DNA of 63,415 bases, counting the filler, from Stramenopiles sp. TOSAG23-2 (lineage: Eukaryota), in the NCBI GenBank assembly GCA_900128395.1. It is 9 parts of 9 records of this genome, joined end to end, with 100 filler letters (N's around TTAATTAATTAA, not from the genome) between each part and the next. Parts side by side here need not be neighbours in the genome. Positions count along the whole stretch, not along the records: positions 45,787 to 57,114 come from LT649943.1; positions 57,215 to 58,690 come from LT652829.1; positions 58,791 to 60,265 come from LT652830.1; 6 more parts are not named here. One strand, written 5' to 3'. Numbering within the stretch: position 1 is the stretch's first letter; each line of letters opens with the position of its first letter. Below, one piece after another: positions 47,957-60,365 of the stretch. The notes beneath the pieces are model-generated. The model was not told where the DNA came from. It did no database searches and worked only from the letters and a program-made list of their open reading frames with translations. The position numbers and the translations under genes were made by a program.

Positions 47957-48200
47957 TTTTAGAAATGTGTTAATAAACATACTAAATATACAACGGCGTA
48001 TGCTATATCAAGCAGGTGTTGTTCACAGGGATATAAATAAATAATGTTGGTGGTTGGTTTTATTTAAATTTGAATTTGAATCGGTTTAGAGGTTGATATG
48101 TGTGAGTATGTGTGTAAAGTTTATACTTAACTCTACAACACTACTACTTTTGTGTTCCTATCATATTAGAAAACGGGGAAATATTTATACTTGATAGTAT
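47957..48200 (+). repeat. Dispersed repeat copy, homologous to 56750-57003 (inverted) and 57061-57114 (direct)
   Basis: Shared ttttagaaatgtgt...aaatataca...agcagg...gatataaataaat...tttgaatttga...gatatgtgtgagtatgtgt. Confidence 0.75.
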
Positions 48201-48905
48201 AACATTAATTTGTTTGTTTTGCCTATGGGACTACTACGGCTTATTTGGATTTAAAAAAAAGCTTGTTTTGTCCTTTTCAGGAGTCTTTGCCGAGACGTGT
48301 TTTTTTTTTTTTTTTTTGTATAGTGCTATAATATAGAATTACTATTATTATATGATTTTTTTAATTTTTAAAAAACACACACCCTTTCCTCTTCCAGTAA
48401 TAATGTTGTGGCGTAGTAGCCTTTTCTCCTTCGATGCTATTGTACTGCTATAAAAACAGTAAAATAACTAGCCTTGCGGCTTGTTTGATTGGTGTGTACC
48501 TGCTGTTTCTGCCTGTTTGTTCCTTGTGTATATAGATATATTGTTAGTTTTGTTATTGAAAACACTGCTGATGATGTACGCCCCCCACTTTTTTAGAAGA
48601 TATTAGCTACTTTTTAACTTGAACAGTGGTTTAATTTTTGGTATTCTAATTACCATTTTAAGTATAATTTATGATATTTTGATAGGTGTTTTAGGTAGAT
48701 CACTTGATTCCACATTCCACATCAGGCACGCGCTCAGCATTAAGCATTAATAATTACTACAGAGTATAAAGTAGTAACTATAGACGTATAAACATATATA
48801 ATAGAGATACAGTTAACAGTTCGACAGCTTTTAAACGTCAAAACAAACAAACAAAATCGAAACAAAAAAATATACACAAGCAACTAAGGAGAGACAAACG
48901 AAGCA

Positions 48906-50654
48906 ATGTCAGATACCGTGAAACTCAACGTCAAATCCGGTGGAAAAAAAGGAGGTAATTGGGCGCCGAACCCGTTGGAAACGGCACGCCCTTCTGCCGT
49001 TGATCGTCAAGCCACACACAGGAAAAAACCATGGGGCCGCAGTTCCTGGAAAGATGCTGATGCACAGGAGAGGCTTTCCAATGTCACAAGAAGTTCTTTT
49101 ACCGAAAGTTTTGACGCTGATGGGAGAGCGAGAGCGAAGAAATGCCAAGATATTACTTACTCAGTAGTTTTGTTAGCTGTATGCGTTACGTTTGTGCTTG
49201 CTCTAACTTTGGAAAGCAAAGTTGCACGTGGTGGAATGTGTTTGTTAATGATGGGAATTATTTGGGTCACTGAGCTTGTGAAGCTTGAACTGGCTGGTTT
49301 AGTTCCCATCTTCCTTTACCCAGCTGCTGGAATAGTGAAAGCTAAAGTAGTCGCAGGAAAATTCTGGAACGGGACTTCGTTCCTTTTCTGCGTTGGTTTC
49401 CTCATGGGTATTGTTTTGGAACGTTGGAACATGCACAAGCGCATTTCTATGAATATGGTGTTACTGGCAGGGAACAACGTTTCTTTGCTTCTTTTCATGA
49501 TGATGCTTGCAGTATACCTGCTTTCGATGTGGATATCAAATACGGCTACGATTCTTTGCATGCTTCCAGTTGTAAAATCGTTTTTAGCCACAGTACCTGA
49601 AAAACACAGACCTTTTAAGGGGGCGATGCTTCTTGCGGTGGGATGGTCTGCTACAATTGGCGGCATGAGCACGCCTGTAGGCACACCAACAAATACGCTA
49701 TTCCTTGGAATTTATGAAGAAAATTGGGCTACGAACGAATCGTTTGGTTTTGGCCCATTTATGGCATTTGCAATTCCTCTATCATTTATGCTCCTAGTGA
49801 CCGCCTGGGTCCTTGTTTGCGTATGGCACGTGTGGACTGCAAAAGAAAAAATTGAAGTGAACCTGGACGTTTTTAGAGAAGTAAAAAAAGATATTGGTAA
49901 AATGAGATGTGAAGAGTACGTCGTCACTATTTACATGCTCATTCTTATTGTCTTTTGGGTCTTTCAAAAAGATCTTAAAAAGGCTTTCAATCTTAACATG
50001 ATGAATACCGGTGCTGTCGGTATGCTTTTTACCTTTCCTTTGTTTTTTATCCCAACGATTAACAAAAAACTTGAACTTTCCAAAAACGGAAAAGATATGG
50101 TACCGGTAGAACACATTTTAGACTGGAGTTATGTGCTGCCTAGATTCAAATGGCAAATTCTTTTCATATTCGGGGGAGGTTACATGGCGGCTTTTGGCAC
50201 CCTTGAAAGTGGTTTTGCAAAGCATTTGGCGTCTCAAATAACACCAATGCCGGAGTTTTCACTGGCCGTGCTTGTAATCTTTGTCATTTGTTTCTTGACA
50301 GAAGTTATAAGTAATATGGCATGCGTGCAAATATTTGGTCCGATATTAATCACAATTGCCGGTCAAATGTGTTATTCACCATTGAAATTCCTTTTAATCG
50401 TATGCTTTGCTTCATCATTTGCGTTTATGATGCCAATGGCTGGTGGCCCAAATATGATGGTGTTTGGAACTGGCGAAGACTTTGATTTGAAATTTATGGC
50501 CAAGCATGGTTTTGTATTAAACATCCTTGCATGTTTAATAGGTATGATTTACCTCAACTTTGTCATGCCACTTATTCTGAGCCCAGATCAGTATGGACCC
50601 CCATTGCAGTTTGCAGATAATGCGGGACCAAATGCCACAGTTTTATGCCCGTAA
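48906..50654 (+). CDS. SLC13/DASS sodium:sulfate or dicarboxylate symporter
   Basis: LSMWISNTAT, IGGMSTPVGTPTN, LTEVISN, ASSFAFMMP motifs; multi-TM. Confidence 0.92.
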   Translation: MSDTVKLNVKSGGKKGGNWAPNPLETARPSAVDRQATHRKKPWGRSSWKDADAQERLSNVTRSSFTESFDADGRARAKKCQDITYSVVLLAVCVTFVLALTLESKVARGGMCLLMMGIIWVTELVKLELAGLVPIFLYPAAGIVKAKVVAGKFWNGTSFLFCVGFLMGIVLERWNMHKRISMNMVLLAGNNVSLLLFMMMLAVYLLSMWISNTATILCMLPVVKSFLATVPEKHRPFKGAMLLAVGWSATIGGMSTPVGTPTNTLFLGIYEENWATNESFGFGPFMAFAIPLSFMLLVTAWVLVCVWHVWTAKEKIEVNLDVFREVKKDIGKMRCEEYVVTIYMLILIVFWVFQKDLKKAFNLNMMNTGAVGMLFTFPLFFIPTINKKLELSKNGKDMVPVEHILDWSYVLPRFKWQILFIFGGGYMAAFGTLESGFAKHLASQITPMPEFSLAVLVIFVICFLTEVISNMACVQIFGPILITIAGQMCYSPLKFLLIVCFASSFAFMMPMAGGPNMMVFGTGEDFDLKFMAKHGFVLNILACLIGMIYLNFVMPLILSPDQYGPPLQFADNAGPNATVLCP

Positions 50655-51586
50655 GCGGCCTTGTCAGCTTATCGACTACACAGCTACTATCCGATAAACG
50701 AACAGCAGAAGTCATGACTGGATTAAAAAAGTAGCATCATGAATCATTTAAAGAGATAAACCGTGACCAAATGCCACAGGTTTATGCCCGTGATACATCA
50801 TAATCTCACATATATATCATATGAAATATGAGAATATCAACACACTAGTGTGATATAGATATTATTGTCTTCAGTCCTTGTATTCTTTTGGAAGAGTAGA
50901 AATTAATCGTGAGAGTAAATTATTAATTTATTACTCGTATGCATATAAAAAATAAAAAATAAATATATAGATGCATTGTAAATTAAATTAATGCAATTAC
51001 CGAATATTTTTTTTACTTTTATATTTTTATAAAAATTCTCTTATTTATAATTTAAAGATTTTATTTACTCATATTGTATATATATATGTATGTAATTACC
51101 AGAAATAATAATTAAAGATATAACTAAACCGGAAAAACCTGTGAAAGAATTATTTATATTGTTTAGATCCAGGGGAAGCAAAAACAATTTATATTTATAT
51201 ATATGATATATATGTGTTTTTCTCTTACTCATTTATATATATATATTTATGTACGTAAATAAAGTTAAAAACTGTACGTTGTATTTTGCTTTTAATTTTT
51301 TAATTCCTTCTCTCATGGATGACAATAATTTACTAATTACTCCTCGTACAATTATTTCTTCGAAAATATACATATCATACATTTTTAGTGAGTTACCTTT
51401 TGTGAAGACGAATATTCACAAATAGTCAATAGTCAATCGTAACTTTTTTGCCCACGTTCACATTCACAAGTATAAATTATGAGTAGAATAAAGAAATATT
51501 TGATAGGCACATGGCAGCAAAACACTTAAAATCAGCAACAAAATTCTGGCATTTGTTGAATTGATGTAATACTATTTCTATGTTAA

Positions 51587-52180
51587 AGCTGTCGAACTAT
51601 CTTATGTGCCATTATACCATGCTGTGTACTCGCTATATGGAGCTTTTTTTGGTATTTTCCATTACCCTAATGTCTATCTTTAGTGTAAGATAGCATTAGC
51701 CGGGGACAATTTGTCCCCAGGAAAAATGGACATCTTGACAACTCGCAATATTTTGGACGATATGGGACACATATTTCGGATATTTTAAATATGTAATGAT
51801 ATTCTGTACAAAATAAATGACGTTTTTGACTATTTTATTAGAAAATGTTTAAAATATGGAACTATATCCTCCCATTATTATCCATTATAAATACTATTTT
51901 CTATCCTCTTACGGTAATTTAAACCTAATTCTATCATTAATGATATATAATTATAATAGTATACAATGTTGGTATAAATTGATAGGAAAATTATCTAAAA
52001 TCATGTTCTAAGAATTATTTTGGAAAAACACATATTTTCAGAATTTTGTAATTTTCTTGCTTTTGGAGGCCTTTTCGCGAATATTTTTCATTGTAAAACT
52101 TGTTTTCGGATGTTTCGAGGCATGTTCCTACCATGGGCTTAGCATTAAATTAACACGTATAACAAGGTAGTTCGACAGCT
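51587..52180. mobile_element. Candidate non-autonomous TIR element (~594 bp)
   Basis: 13-bp inverted termini agctgtcgaacta / tagttcgacagct; third copy of the motif at 48818-48829. Confidence 0.35.
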
Positions 52181-52384
52181 ATAAGCTGCTGTGTATCCAA
52201 AATACATATATAATATGATATTGTAAAGTATATATACTATACAAACGAGGGTATACATATGATATATATAAATGTTGAGTATTGAGCATATTATTTTCCA
52301 TAAGAAGTAAAACTATTATATAACTTAGATTTTAACATATCATAATATTATAAACGTTAATAGAAGATTAAATACAACAACACA

Positions 52385-53338
52385 ATGAATACTGAATGTG
52401 CCTCTTCTCGCAATCAATTAAAACTCTCAACGTTGGAAGCGTTACAAGAACAACCTACACGGAAAATCCAGATTGGTATAATGGTTTTGCCAGCTGGAAT
52501 CGAGTCAACATGTGGAATTATGTCCAATATATTGCAATATTTGGATATTAAATCCTTGTTGCGTGTGAAGGAATCTTCTTTAATCTATCAATTTAGAAAT
52601 GCTTTTCGATCCGATGATTTCGACCGTATACGTGATATTGCATTGGATCGTAAATATAATGGTCCGAGAAGTATAAATGAGATGATACAGATACATCCAG
52701 CGAGAAGACTTTACTTATTAATTGAACAATATCAAGAAGAGTTTCCAAATGGAACGCCGTTTATTGTGGCATGTGAAAAAGGATGTATGGAGGATGTACA
52801 ATTGTTTGTAAAACTACATCGTTTTCATAAATATGTTAAGACAAATGGTGTGAATGAACGTGGTATGACATTAAAAGAAATGGTGAATCAAGTCGGTAGA
52901 AATAGCAGCGGTAGTCGTCGTAGCCGTGGTCGTAGTGGTAGTGATTGGACACCTTTAACAATCGCAGCAAATAATGAACATTCCAATATAGTTCAATATT
53001 TAATTGAACAAGGTGGAGCTGATCCTAATATTACAAATAGTATTGGAATGAATGCATTGCATTATGAAGCAAGTTACAATAATACAAGCACTGGTTGTAT
53101 CCAAGTATTATTAGCGCATATGACTATTACCAGTATCAATCAAAAGCTTGGTGGATACACTCCATTAGACTACGTGTATGATTATAACCATAGTGAAGTT
53201 AAACAAGAGATTATTGCACTTATACGTTCAGTAGGTGGAAAAGCAAATTATTATAATGCAAATGGTATTCGTGTAGGAGATGGTAAAGGTGATTTAAATG
53301 ATGAAAATGGTAGTACGTCATCATACAACCACAAGTAA
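52385..53338 (+). CDS. F-box-like plus ankyrin-repeat protein
   Basis: IMSNILQYLDIKSLLRV; GTPFIVAC, WTPLTIAA, GMNALHY, GYTPLDY. Confidence 0.85.
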   Translation: MNTECASSRNQLKLSTLEALQEQPTRKIQIGIMVLPAGIESTCGIMSNILQYLDIKSLLRVKESSLIYQFRNAFRSDDFDRIRDIALDRKYNGPRSINEMIQIHPARRLYLLIEQYQEEFPNGTPFIVACEKGCMEDVQLFVKLHRFHKYVKTNGVNERGMTLKEMVNQVGRNSSGSRRSRGRSGSDWTPLTIAANNEHSNIVQYLIEQGGADPNITNSIGMNALHYEASYNNTSTGCIQVLLAHMTITSINQKLGGYTPLDYVYDYNHSEVKQEIIALIRSVGGKANYYNANGIRVGDGKGDLNDENGSTSSYNHK

Positions 53339-53421
53339 AAATACTGAAAACATGAAGATTGGAGGGAGGAAAAGGTATGATAAATGTTATGATTGGATGT
53401 AACATGACAAGGAGGGGTATG

Positions 53422-53740
53422 TGTTACGAAGTTCAAAGTGTGTTTTTAAAACAAATTACGAAAGTTCAAAAAGTGTGTTTTTATAAAAAAAAAAATCTTA
53501 CGAAGCGTGTATTGTGTACTTCGTGTAAAATTTTTGAAAATTGTTTCCTTTTTTAAGATTATCAACATCAAGTAGGAAAAGAAAACGAAAAGAAAAAATT
53601 ACGAAGAGTTCAAAGTGTGTTTTTAAAACAAATTACGAAAGTTCAAAAAGTGTGTTCTTTAAAAAGAAAAAAATCTACGAAGCGTGTATTGTGTACCGTA
53701 CTTCGTGTAAAAATTTTTTTTAAAATTGTTTCCTTTTTAA
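53422..53740. repeat. Diverged two-copy direct repeat (~130 bp) downstream of the ankyrin gene
   Basis: gttcaaagtgtgtttttaaaacaaattacgaaagttcaaaaagtgtg... occurs twice. Confidence 0.8.
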
Positions 53741-54012
53741 AAAGTACGTATATTTTACGAAGTATTTTTACTAAAAATATTTTGTGACCGACACACTCTT
53801 TAATATGCATAGGTCAGAGGAGAGGGTGCTCCACGTAAAAAATGCTCTTTCCTTGTTTCTTTTTTTTGTGTTTTACTACGTGTGTGTACAAAAAATAAAA
53901 AGTAAAACCTGGAACGTAAAAAAATGTATAATCATACTACCAAAAGATTTTAGTGTATACGATTCCGTAAAAAAAATATTTAAAAACACAGACTCGTCCC
54001 CATCATACAAAA

Positions 54013-55566
54013 TCAGACGGCAAACTTTTGTTTATTACATGATGATTTTGTATTTATATCTTTCACTGGCATGGAATAACAGAGTGGAAATTTATCATTT
54101 ATTGATGATGATGATAATGGCTTGTTTTTATCTTTTCTATAATCATTTATACCATTCGGCGTTATGACATATTTATATGTTTGTGGTATCCAATTTACAT
54201 TATGACCACCTTTTTTAATACCATCATTAAATGGATTACCAAATGTTTTAAACAATTGATGGATAAGAAATGCAACATGATGATGATTAGTAGTAGTAGT
54301 AGTAGTAGTAGCAGTACTATGATCATCTTGCGAGTGTTGTTTTTTCCTCGTTGTTGTTTCATCTGCTGACATTACTACATTCTTGTTATCATTATTATTG
54401 TAGCTGTTATGATCATCATCATAAAAATTATAACAACTATCCATCCAACCAAGGCAAACCATTTGTGCAATACTATCTTTAAATTCTATATTATGTACAA
54501 ATGAAAAAAATGAATCAATTCCAATACCATTAATATTTTGTAAAACTTTATGTAATTTATTATATTTTTTTGTTGAAGACAATGACATGAACAATCGATT
54601 GAAAAATGTATTTGAAACAATAGCACCTTTTGTTAATGCAATTGAATTATACGGATATGGTGAATAATAGGATGATTGTGATTGTTTTTGAATATTTTCT
54701 TCTGTCAATACGATACCATGAAATCCAACAATTGAATGATCTTTATATTTCATAAATTTTCGATATGCAAATTCTAACGCATTACATGAATATAATGTTT
54801 TCAAATTTACTACAAAAATTGGATTTTGTTCAATATCATCATTATTATCTACGTTTTTTGTTTTAAACAAATGATTTATTTTAAAATAATTTAAAATATC
54901 CATGTTGTTATCATTCTTATTATTATTCATATTCGTATTAAATCGTATGGTAATATTATTATTATGATCACCATTATGATGATTGGTGTGAAAAACATTA
55001 TTGATATGATCAAAATAATTAACAACAACCTCATCACGATTTCGATTTGTATTATTATTATTATCAATAACATTTAATATATCATTGTAAAATTTTATAT
55101 TTGGATTCTTATACTTATTATTATGATGATGATTCTGTTTATTGTTTCCTTCTTCATCTTTAGATGATGTTACAGATAATGGATAATTCACGATAATACT
55201 TGCAACAATATCACATGTTTTCCAATGTGAAATATGTTTTTTAACATATAAATCATCTTGTTCGTTTTTCTTATTCAAAAAGGATGTAGTCAATGGAAAT
55301 TCAGGGACAATTAATATATTTAATTTACTATACAAACCATGAAAATATTGATGCCGTACATGATTTAAATATGTTTGTTTCTTTTGATATTGCTGTTCAT
55401 ATTCTTTTGATACCATACGCTTTGTAAAAGTAACAAAAGAATCGATTGATAAATCATATTGACTTGTCATCGTTGCAAGTAATATTGTTGATATGAAAAA
55501 CATGCATATTAATATGAGAAAATATATACGTATCCTATTCATTATGATATACGTAGTTGTCGTCAT
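54013..55566 (-). CDS. Type II membrane glycosyltransferase family 64 (EXTL2-like), degenerate
   Basis: N-terminal TM; LEFAYRKF...IVGFHG...YNSIALTKGAIV; DxD motif not evident. Confidence 0.6.
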   Translation of the reverse strand: MTTTTYIIMNRIRIYFLILICMFFISTILLATMTSQYDLSIDSFVTFTKRMVSKEYEQQYQKKQTYLNHVRHQYFHGLYSKLNILIVPEFPLTTSFLNKKNEQDDLYVKKHISHWKTCDIVASIIVNYPLSVTSSKDEEGNNKQNHHHNNKYKNPNIKFYNDILNVIDNNNNTNRNRDEVVVNYFDHINNVFHTNHHNGDHNNNITIRFNTNMNNNKNDNNMDILNYFKINHLFKTKNVDNNDDIEQNPIFVVNLKTLYSCNALEFAYRKFMKYKDHSIVGFHGIVLTEENIQKQSQSSYYSPYPYNSIALTKGAIVSNTFFNRLFMSLSSTKKYNKLHKVLQNINGIGIDSFFSFVHNIEFKDSIAQMVCLGWMDSCYNFYDDDHNSYNNNDNKNVVMSADETTTRKKQHSQDDHSTATTTTTTTNHHHVAFLIHQLFKTFGNPFNDGIKKGGHNVNWIPQTYKYVITPNGINDYRKDKNKPLSSSSINDKFPLCYSMPVKDINTKSSCNKQKFAV

Positions 55567-56055
55567 TCACATCTAGAAAATATATATCTATATCTGTTCA
55601 CATCCAAAAAAGAAACTATATATCGATCTGTCCACACTGTTCACCTCCAAAAAAACTATATATTGATCTGTTCACCTCCAAATATATATATATATATTCA
55701 CAACGGCAATCGTCGTCTACTGATGTGTCTCTTGCTCAGAATTCCGGGGTACTGTCTATGGGCTGTAATTATGCAGAAAGGTGGTACAAAGTATAGTTTT
55801 ACAATGTAGAAAGGTGATACAAAGTAATTTTACAGTGTACTTTGGCCTACGAAGGGACGACCGCGGGTAGCTACAGGACAGTATCAATCTCGTCTGTATT
55901 GGTACATCTTGTATCTATCTATCTATCTACCTGTCTGTCTGTCTGTCATGTAGATCCATTTTTGAAAAGGTACATATATATGTACATATTATTTGAAATT
56001 ATTTATATGAAATTTATATGAAATTTATTATAAAATGGTGTCTGATGTGTGTAGT

Positions 56056-56370
56056 AAAACTGTAGAATCGTAGTCTGAACCTTTCATTCCTCCTATATAT
56101 AAAGTTGACTGTGACAAAATTGGCATAGAATAGCATATAAATAACATTAAGCTTATTCATAAAACTGTAAAATCGTAGTCTGAACCTTTCATTCCTCCTA
56201 TATATAAGTTGACCGTGACAAAATTAAAATTTGGCATAGAATAGCATAGAAATAACATTAAGCTTATTCATAAAACTGTAGAATCGTAGTCTAAATATTT
56301 CATTCCTCCTATATATAATAGGTTATAAATGGCATATAAATAATTAAATAACATTAAGCTTATTCATATG
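56056..56370. repeat. Three-copy tandem repeat, ~105-112-bp unit
   Basis: taaaactgtagaatcgtagtct...ttcattcctcctatata...aataacattaagcttattcata repeated. Confidence 0.88.
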
Positions 56371-56749
56371 CTAAATAGGTACAAAATCGATGAAAAACCT
56401 TAGAATTTATTTAGTGTGTGTCGGCACCGAAAAACCATCCTTAATCTCTCTGGAAAAACACTTGATTTTTGTCCCTTATTTAGCATATAAATAACACTTA
56501 ATATACTTGATCTTATTTGTATGCTAATTTGTGCCAATATTTTATCCTTTTTTCAGTCAACTTTTATTAATAATTAATTATTACATCACAACGTCGCTTA
56601 ATGTGGTCAAAAATGGCCTTCAGCTCGCCATTTTTTTTTTTTTGAAAGATCACAATGATACATACCTGCTATTTCGCCCATATAGAAAATTTAGACTACA
56701 AAATAAGTACAAAAATGTTGTTTTTTTTTTTTCTTATTTTCGACTCCTC

Positions 56750-57114
56750 TCTTACCGTATATTGGAAGTATAAACCTGTTTTTCTCCTATCAAAACATCA
56801 AAACATGATAGGATATATGTACCGTAGTGTTAAAATATTAAGTACACATACTCACACATATCATCCTTTAAACAAAGTCAAATTCAAATTCAAATATAAA
56901 CAACCATCAATATCATTTATTTATATCCATATAAACAACGCCTGCTCCCATGTCCTATCTTCGATGTATATTTGGTATGTTTTTATGACACATTTCTAAA
57001 ATATTACAATTTTGACTGGCCTATCACAAGAATACAATTTAGTACAAAATACCGTTGTAATATTTTAGAAATGTGTTAATTACACATACCAAATATACAA
57101 CGAAGTATGCTATA
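56750..57114. repeat. Head-to-head copies of the dispersed repeat forming a fold-back
   Basis: 56961-57010 is an imperfect inverted repeat of 57055-57105. Confidence 0.7.
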
Positions 57115-57214
57115 NNNNNNNNNNNNNNNNNNNNNNNNNNNNNNNNNNNNNNNNNNNNTTAATTAATTAANNNNNNNNNNNNNNNNNNNNNNNNNNNNNN
57201 NNNNNNNNNNNNNN

Positions 57215-57787
57215 CAATTGAAAAAACTTGATGCCGGTATTGAAAGTTTATTTCTATTTTCATTGATTTGGTCTGTCGGTATTACATGTGTTGAAAGTGG
57301 TCGCAAACGTTTTGACAAATATTTCCGCCTAGAAGCGCATTCAAATAATGTCGCCATCCCATTTCCAAAAGAAGGCTCTGTATATGATTATACCTTTGAT
57401 ATAGAATCCGGGCGTTGGGTGGAATGGATGTCTACGTTGGAACATTCGTTTGAATACAACCCAAAAGCAAACTTCAGTGAATTGGTTGTACCGACAAATG
57501 ATAGTGTGCGGAACAAATATATGTTGCATTTATTGCTTACACAAGGCAAACATGTTATGATGGTAGGTCCAACCGGTACTGGCAAAACGGTAAATATTCA
57601 AGAATATTTGCTACGAGAAATGTCGGATAAATACATGCCATTGACGTTATCATTTAGTGCCCGTACAAGTGCAAATCAAACGCAAGATATCATGGATGCA
57701 AAAATGGAAAAGAGAAGAAAAGGTATTTTTGGCCCACCATTAGGAAAACACTACATTATTTATGTAGATGATTTTAACATTTTATAA
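57215..57787 (+). CDS. Axonemal dynein heavy chain fragment (AAA2 lid to AAA3)
   Basis: [39 protein letters not shown]. Confidence 0.92.
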   Translation, partial: QLKKLDAGIESLFLFSLIWSVGITCVESGRKRFDKYFRLEAHSNNVAIPFPKEGSVYDYTFDIESGRWVEWMSTLEHSFEYNPKANFSELVVPTNDSVRNKYMLHLLLTQGKHVMMVGPTGTGKTVNIQEYLLREMSDKYMPLTLSFSARTSANQTQDIMDAKMEKRRKGIFGPPLGKHYIIYVDDFNIL

Positions 57788-57983
57788 AACGTTGACACGC
57801 GCAGGTACATTAAGTACTACTGGTCATAGTACCAACTTTGTTTGCTGGGTGGAATTACCAAGTGCGGAACCAACTATATTTAGGGACAGTTTAGTATCGG
57901 AAACAAATCAAGCCGTTAAATTAGCCGATGCAGAGAAATGGATCAAAGCAGGTGTTGCATTGTTTTGTCAATTGAGGTTTTAA
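57780..57983 (+). CDS. Axonemal dynein heavy chain extreme C-terminus, out of frame with the preceding fragment
   Basis: [20 protein letters not shown]...ELPS...[12 protein letters not shown]. Confidence 0.85.
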   Translation, partial: FYKTLTRAGTLSTTGHSTNFVCWVELPSAEPTIFRDSLVSETNQAVKLADAEKWIKAGVALFCQLRF

Positions 57984-58790
57984 AAAGTAAATTATATATT
58001 TTATATAAATATATATATCTATGCGTATATCTTACACAAATAAAATAACATTAAATAGATATATTAATAGGTAATTGTACTTATAAGTATACAAATTACA
58101 TTATATATTCTTTTGACTTTTGACTTTTCAATAAGGAAGGCTGGAAGGCCAGAAGGCAACAGAAGGCACGTTTTTTGCTGTTCTATTTTCCTTTTCTATC
58201 TTTCTGTGCACGTATGCAAATCCACTATTCCACATAATCCACTATGCTATTCGTACCGTAGCCGAAGCGTTTTCAAGTCCTTTCTTAACGATTTCAGAAA
58301 AAATTTCAGAAATTTTTCCACACTTTGTGTAACATAAGATCAATAAATTTCATCCAGTTCTCATCTTCACCAAAATTGACCAAACTTATTACATCTCATC
58401 ACTTTACTTACTCATTAATGAACAATTAATACATGAATTATAATTATTTAGTATATTTTCGTATTCGTATCAAAAAACGTGCCTGATTTAAGGTCAATAT
58501 AACTTCCAGTCGAAGAACGATCGATCGATATTTTATTATTATTATCAAAATAACACTACTAACAATGGGGAAAACTCCAACAACAAATTTTGATGCACGT
58601 ACACATTTACATTGACTATCATCCCGATATAATTTTTACTGTGCCGGCGAGTCGTACATTTTCGGTACAAATTGTTTATTATACTTAGACNNNNNNNNNN
58701 NNNNNNNNNNNNNNNNNNNNNNNNNNNNNNNNNNTTAATTAATTAANNNNNNNNNNNNNNNNNNNNNNNNNNNNNNNNNNNNNNNNNNNN

Positions 58791-59406
58791 AATTTTCCCA
58801 GTCTCCAGCATCACAACCAAGTATTTCTCCACCGGAATGTTGAGAAAATTTGAAAAATCCACTGAAAAATATAATTATGCTAGCAACTGCAACTGGCCAA
58901 CCAACAAGTTTCTTCAACATATTAGCAATAAAAGTTATTTCAGGGGCTATTGTTGATTCTAAATCGCATACAAACTTCGGATTCATATTACAAACTTCTG
59001 ATACATTACCTGACACCAATGGTAACTCATTTTCTGCTAAACAACCAATCTTTTGTACACCTTGGTCAATTGTTGCACACGAACTTCGCGCCTGACATGT
59101 TCGAACTGTTTGAATTGTTTGGTCAATTTGACAACAACATTGTTGTGGTGTTGGGACACAGTCTCGATCTGACATTGGCATAATTTTCCCCCAATTGAAA
59201 CCCATTTGCTCTACAGAAAAGGAACATTTGCGCTCACACAACCCAGGCATATTTGTAAGGCACGTTGCTAACTTAGCATCAACGTCATTTAGTTTAATTG
59301 TAACACCAGCTTCTACATTAAAGAAAATGATATATAATCCGGCGAAAAAGGCAATCATTGCTGCTATGATGGTGCAACAAGCACTACAACCACCAAGTGG
59401 GTTCAT
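58791..59406 (-). CDS. Cysteine-rich two-TM membrane protein, 3'-partial
   Basis: Two hydrophobic segments flanking a Cys-rich loop. Confidence 0.65.
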
Positions 59407-60033
59407 ATTTCTTTTCTTTTCTTTTTCCTCTTTCTTTCAAGTAGTTAATTATCTATTAAATATTCTATCTTCTAAAAGTATCTAGTATTATAATAAATCC
59501 GTATCTACACGTCTAACTATGATGATATATCATTCGTATAATATATATGGATCGCGATATGCACCGTGCATATATATAATATAATAATACGAGGACGATA
59601 CAGTACCTGGTATGCTGATATCCTGGTATGCTGGTATGCTGGTATGCTGATATTGTATGCCTGGTATTAGTAGCACGTATCTAGGAAAAAAATTGATGCA
59701 CGCTGAAACCTATTACCTATGATACTTCTATCTTCTATCACATCTTAAGACCTTAAATTCATTTTTACTTGGGAGATGTGGGAGAGAGGTTAATTTTTGT
59801 GTGACTCAAAATTAAGTCTTACATTGTAACAGCTTTCTTCTCAACTCCCAACTGTATAATATTCGGTATATAGCTATAACTTATATATTTATAGATATAA
59901 TCAATACGGCACGACACATCACATACAATATACATATCATAAATAGAACAAACATCATATCATATCATATCATATAAAGCATATAACAATAATATAAAAT
60001 AAAAAAGATAAAGTGTAAAAAGATAAATACATA

Positions 60034-60265
60034 ATGGAAAATATAGATGAAACATATGTATGGTATTCGCCATCAAATAGGGATGAAATTGGGGATTGCA
60101 TACCAGCGAAAGTTTTATCCACGCCTGATAGTGACGGTTGTATCATGGTGGAAATTATAGATGAAGATGGTGATAATGAACGCATATCAATGAACGCAAA
60201 TGATCAGCCTTTGTCATATGTTAAAAAGTTAAGTTTACAAGGAGTTCCTGATATGATTGATATTG
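60034..60265 (+). CDS. Probable myosin N-terminal fragment (SH3-like segment into head)
   Basis: YVWY...IPAKV...GVPDMIDI at the contig end. Confidence 0.55.
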
Positions 60266-60365
60266 NNNNNNNNNNNNNNNNNNNNNNNNNNNNNNNNNNN
60301 NNNNNNNNNTTAATTAATTAANNNNNNNNNNNNNNNNNNNNNNNNNNNNNNNNNNNNNNNNNNNN

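Noticed and set aside
59605..59670. TGGTATGC short repeats
   Set aside because: Simple minisatellite; not telomeric and no further structure
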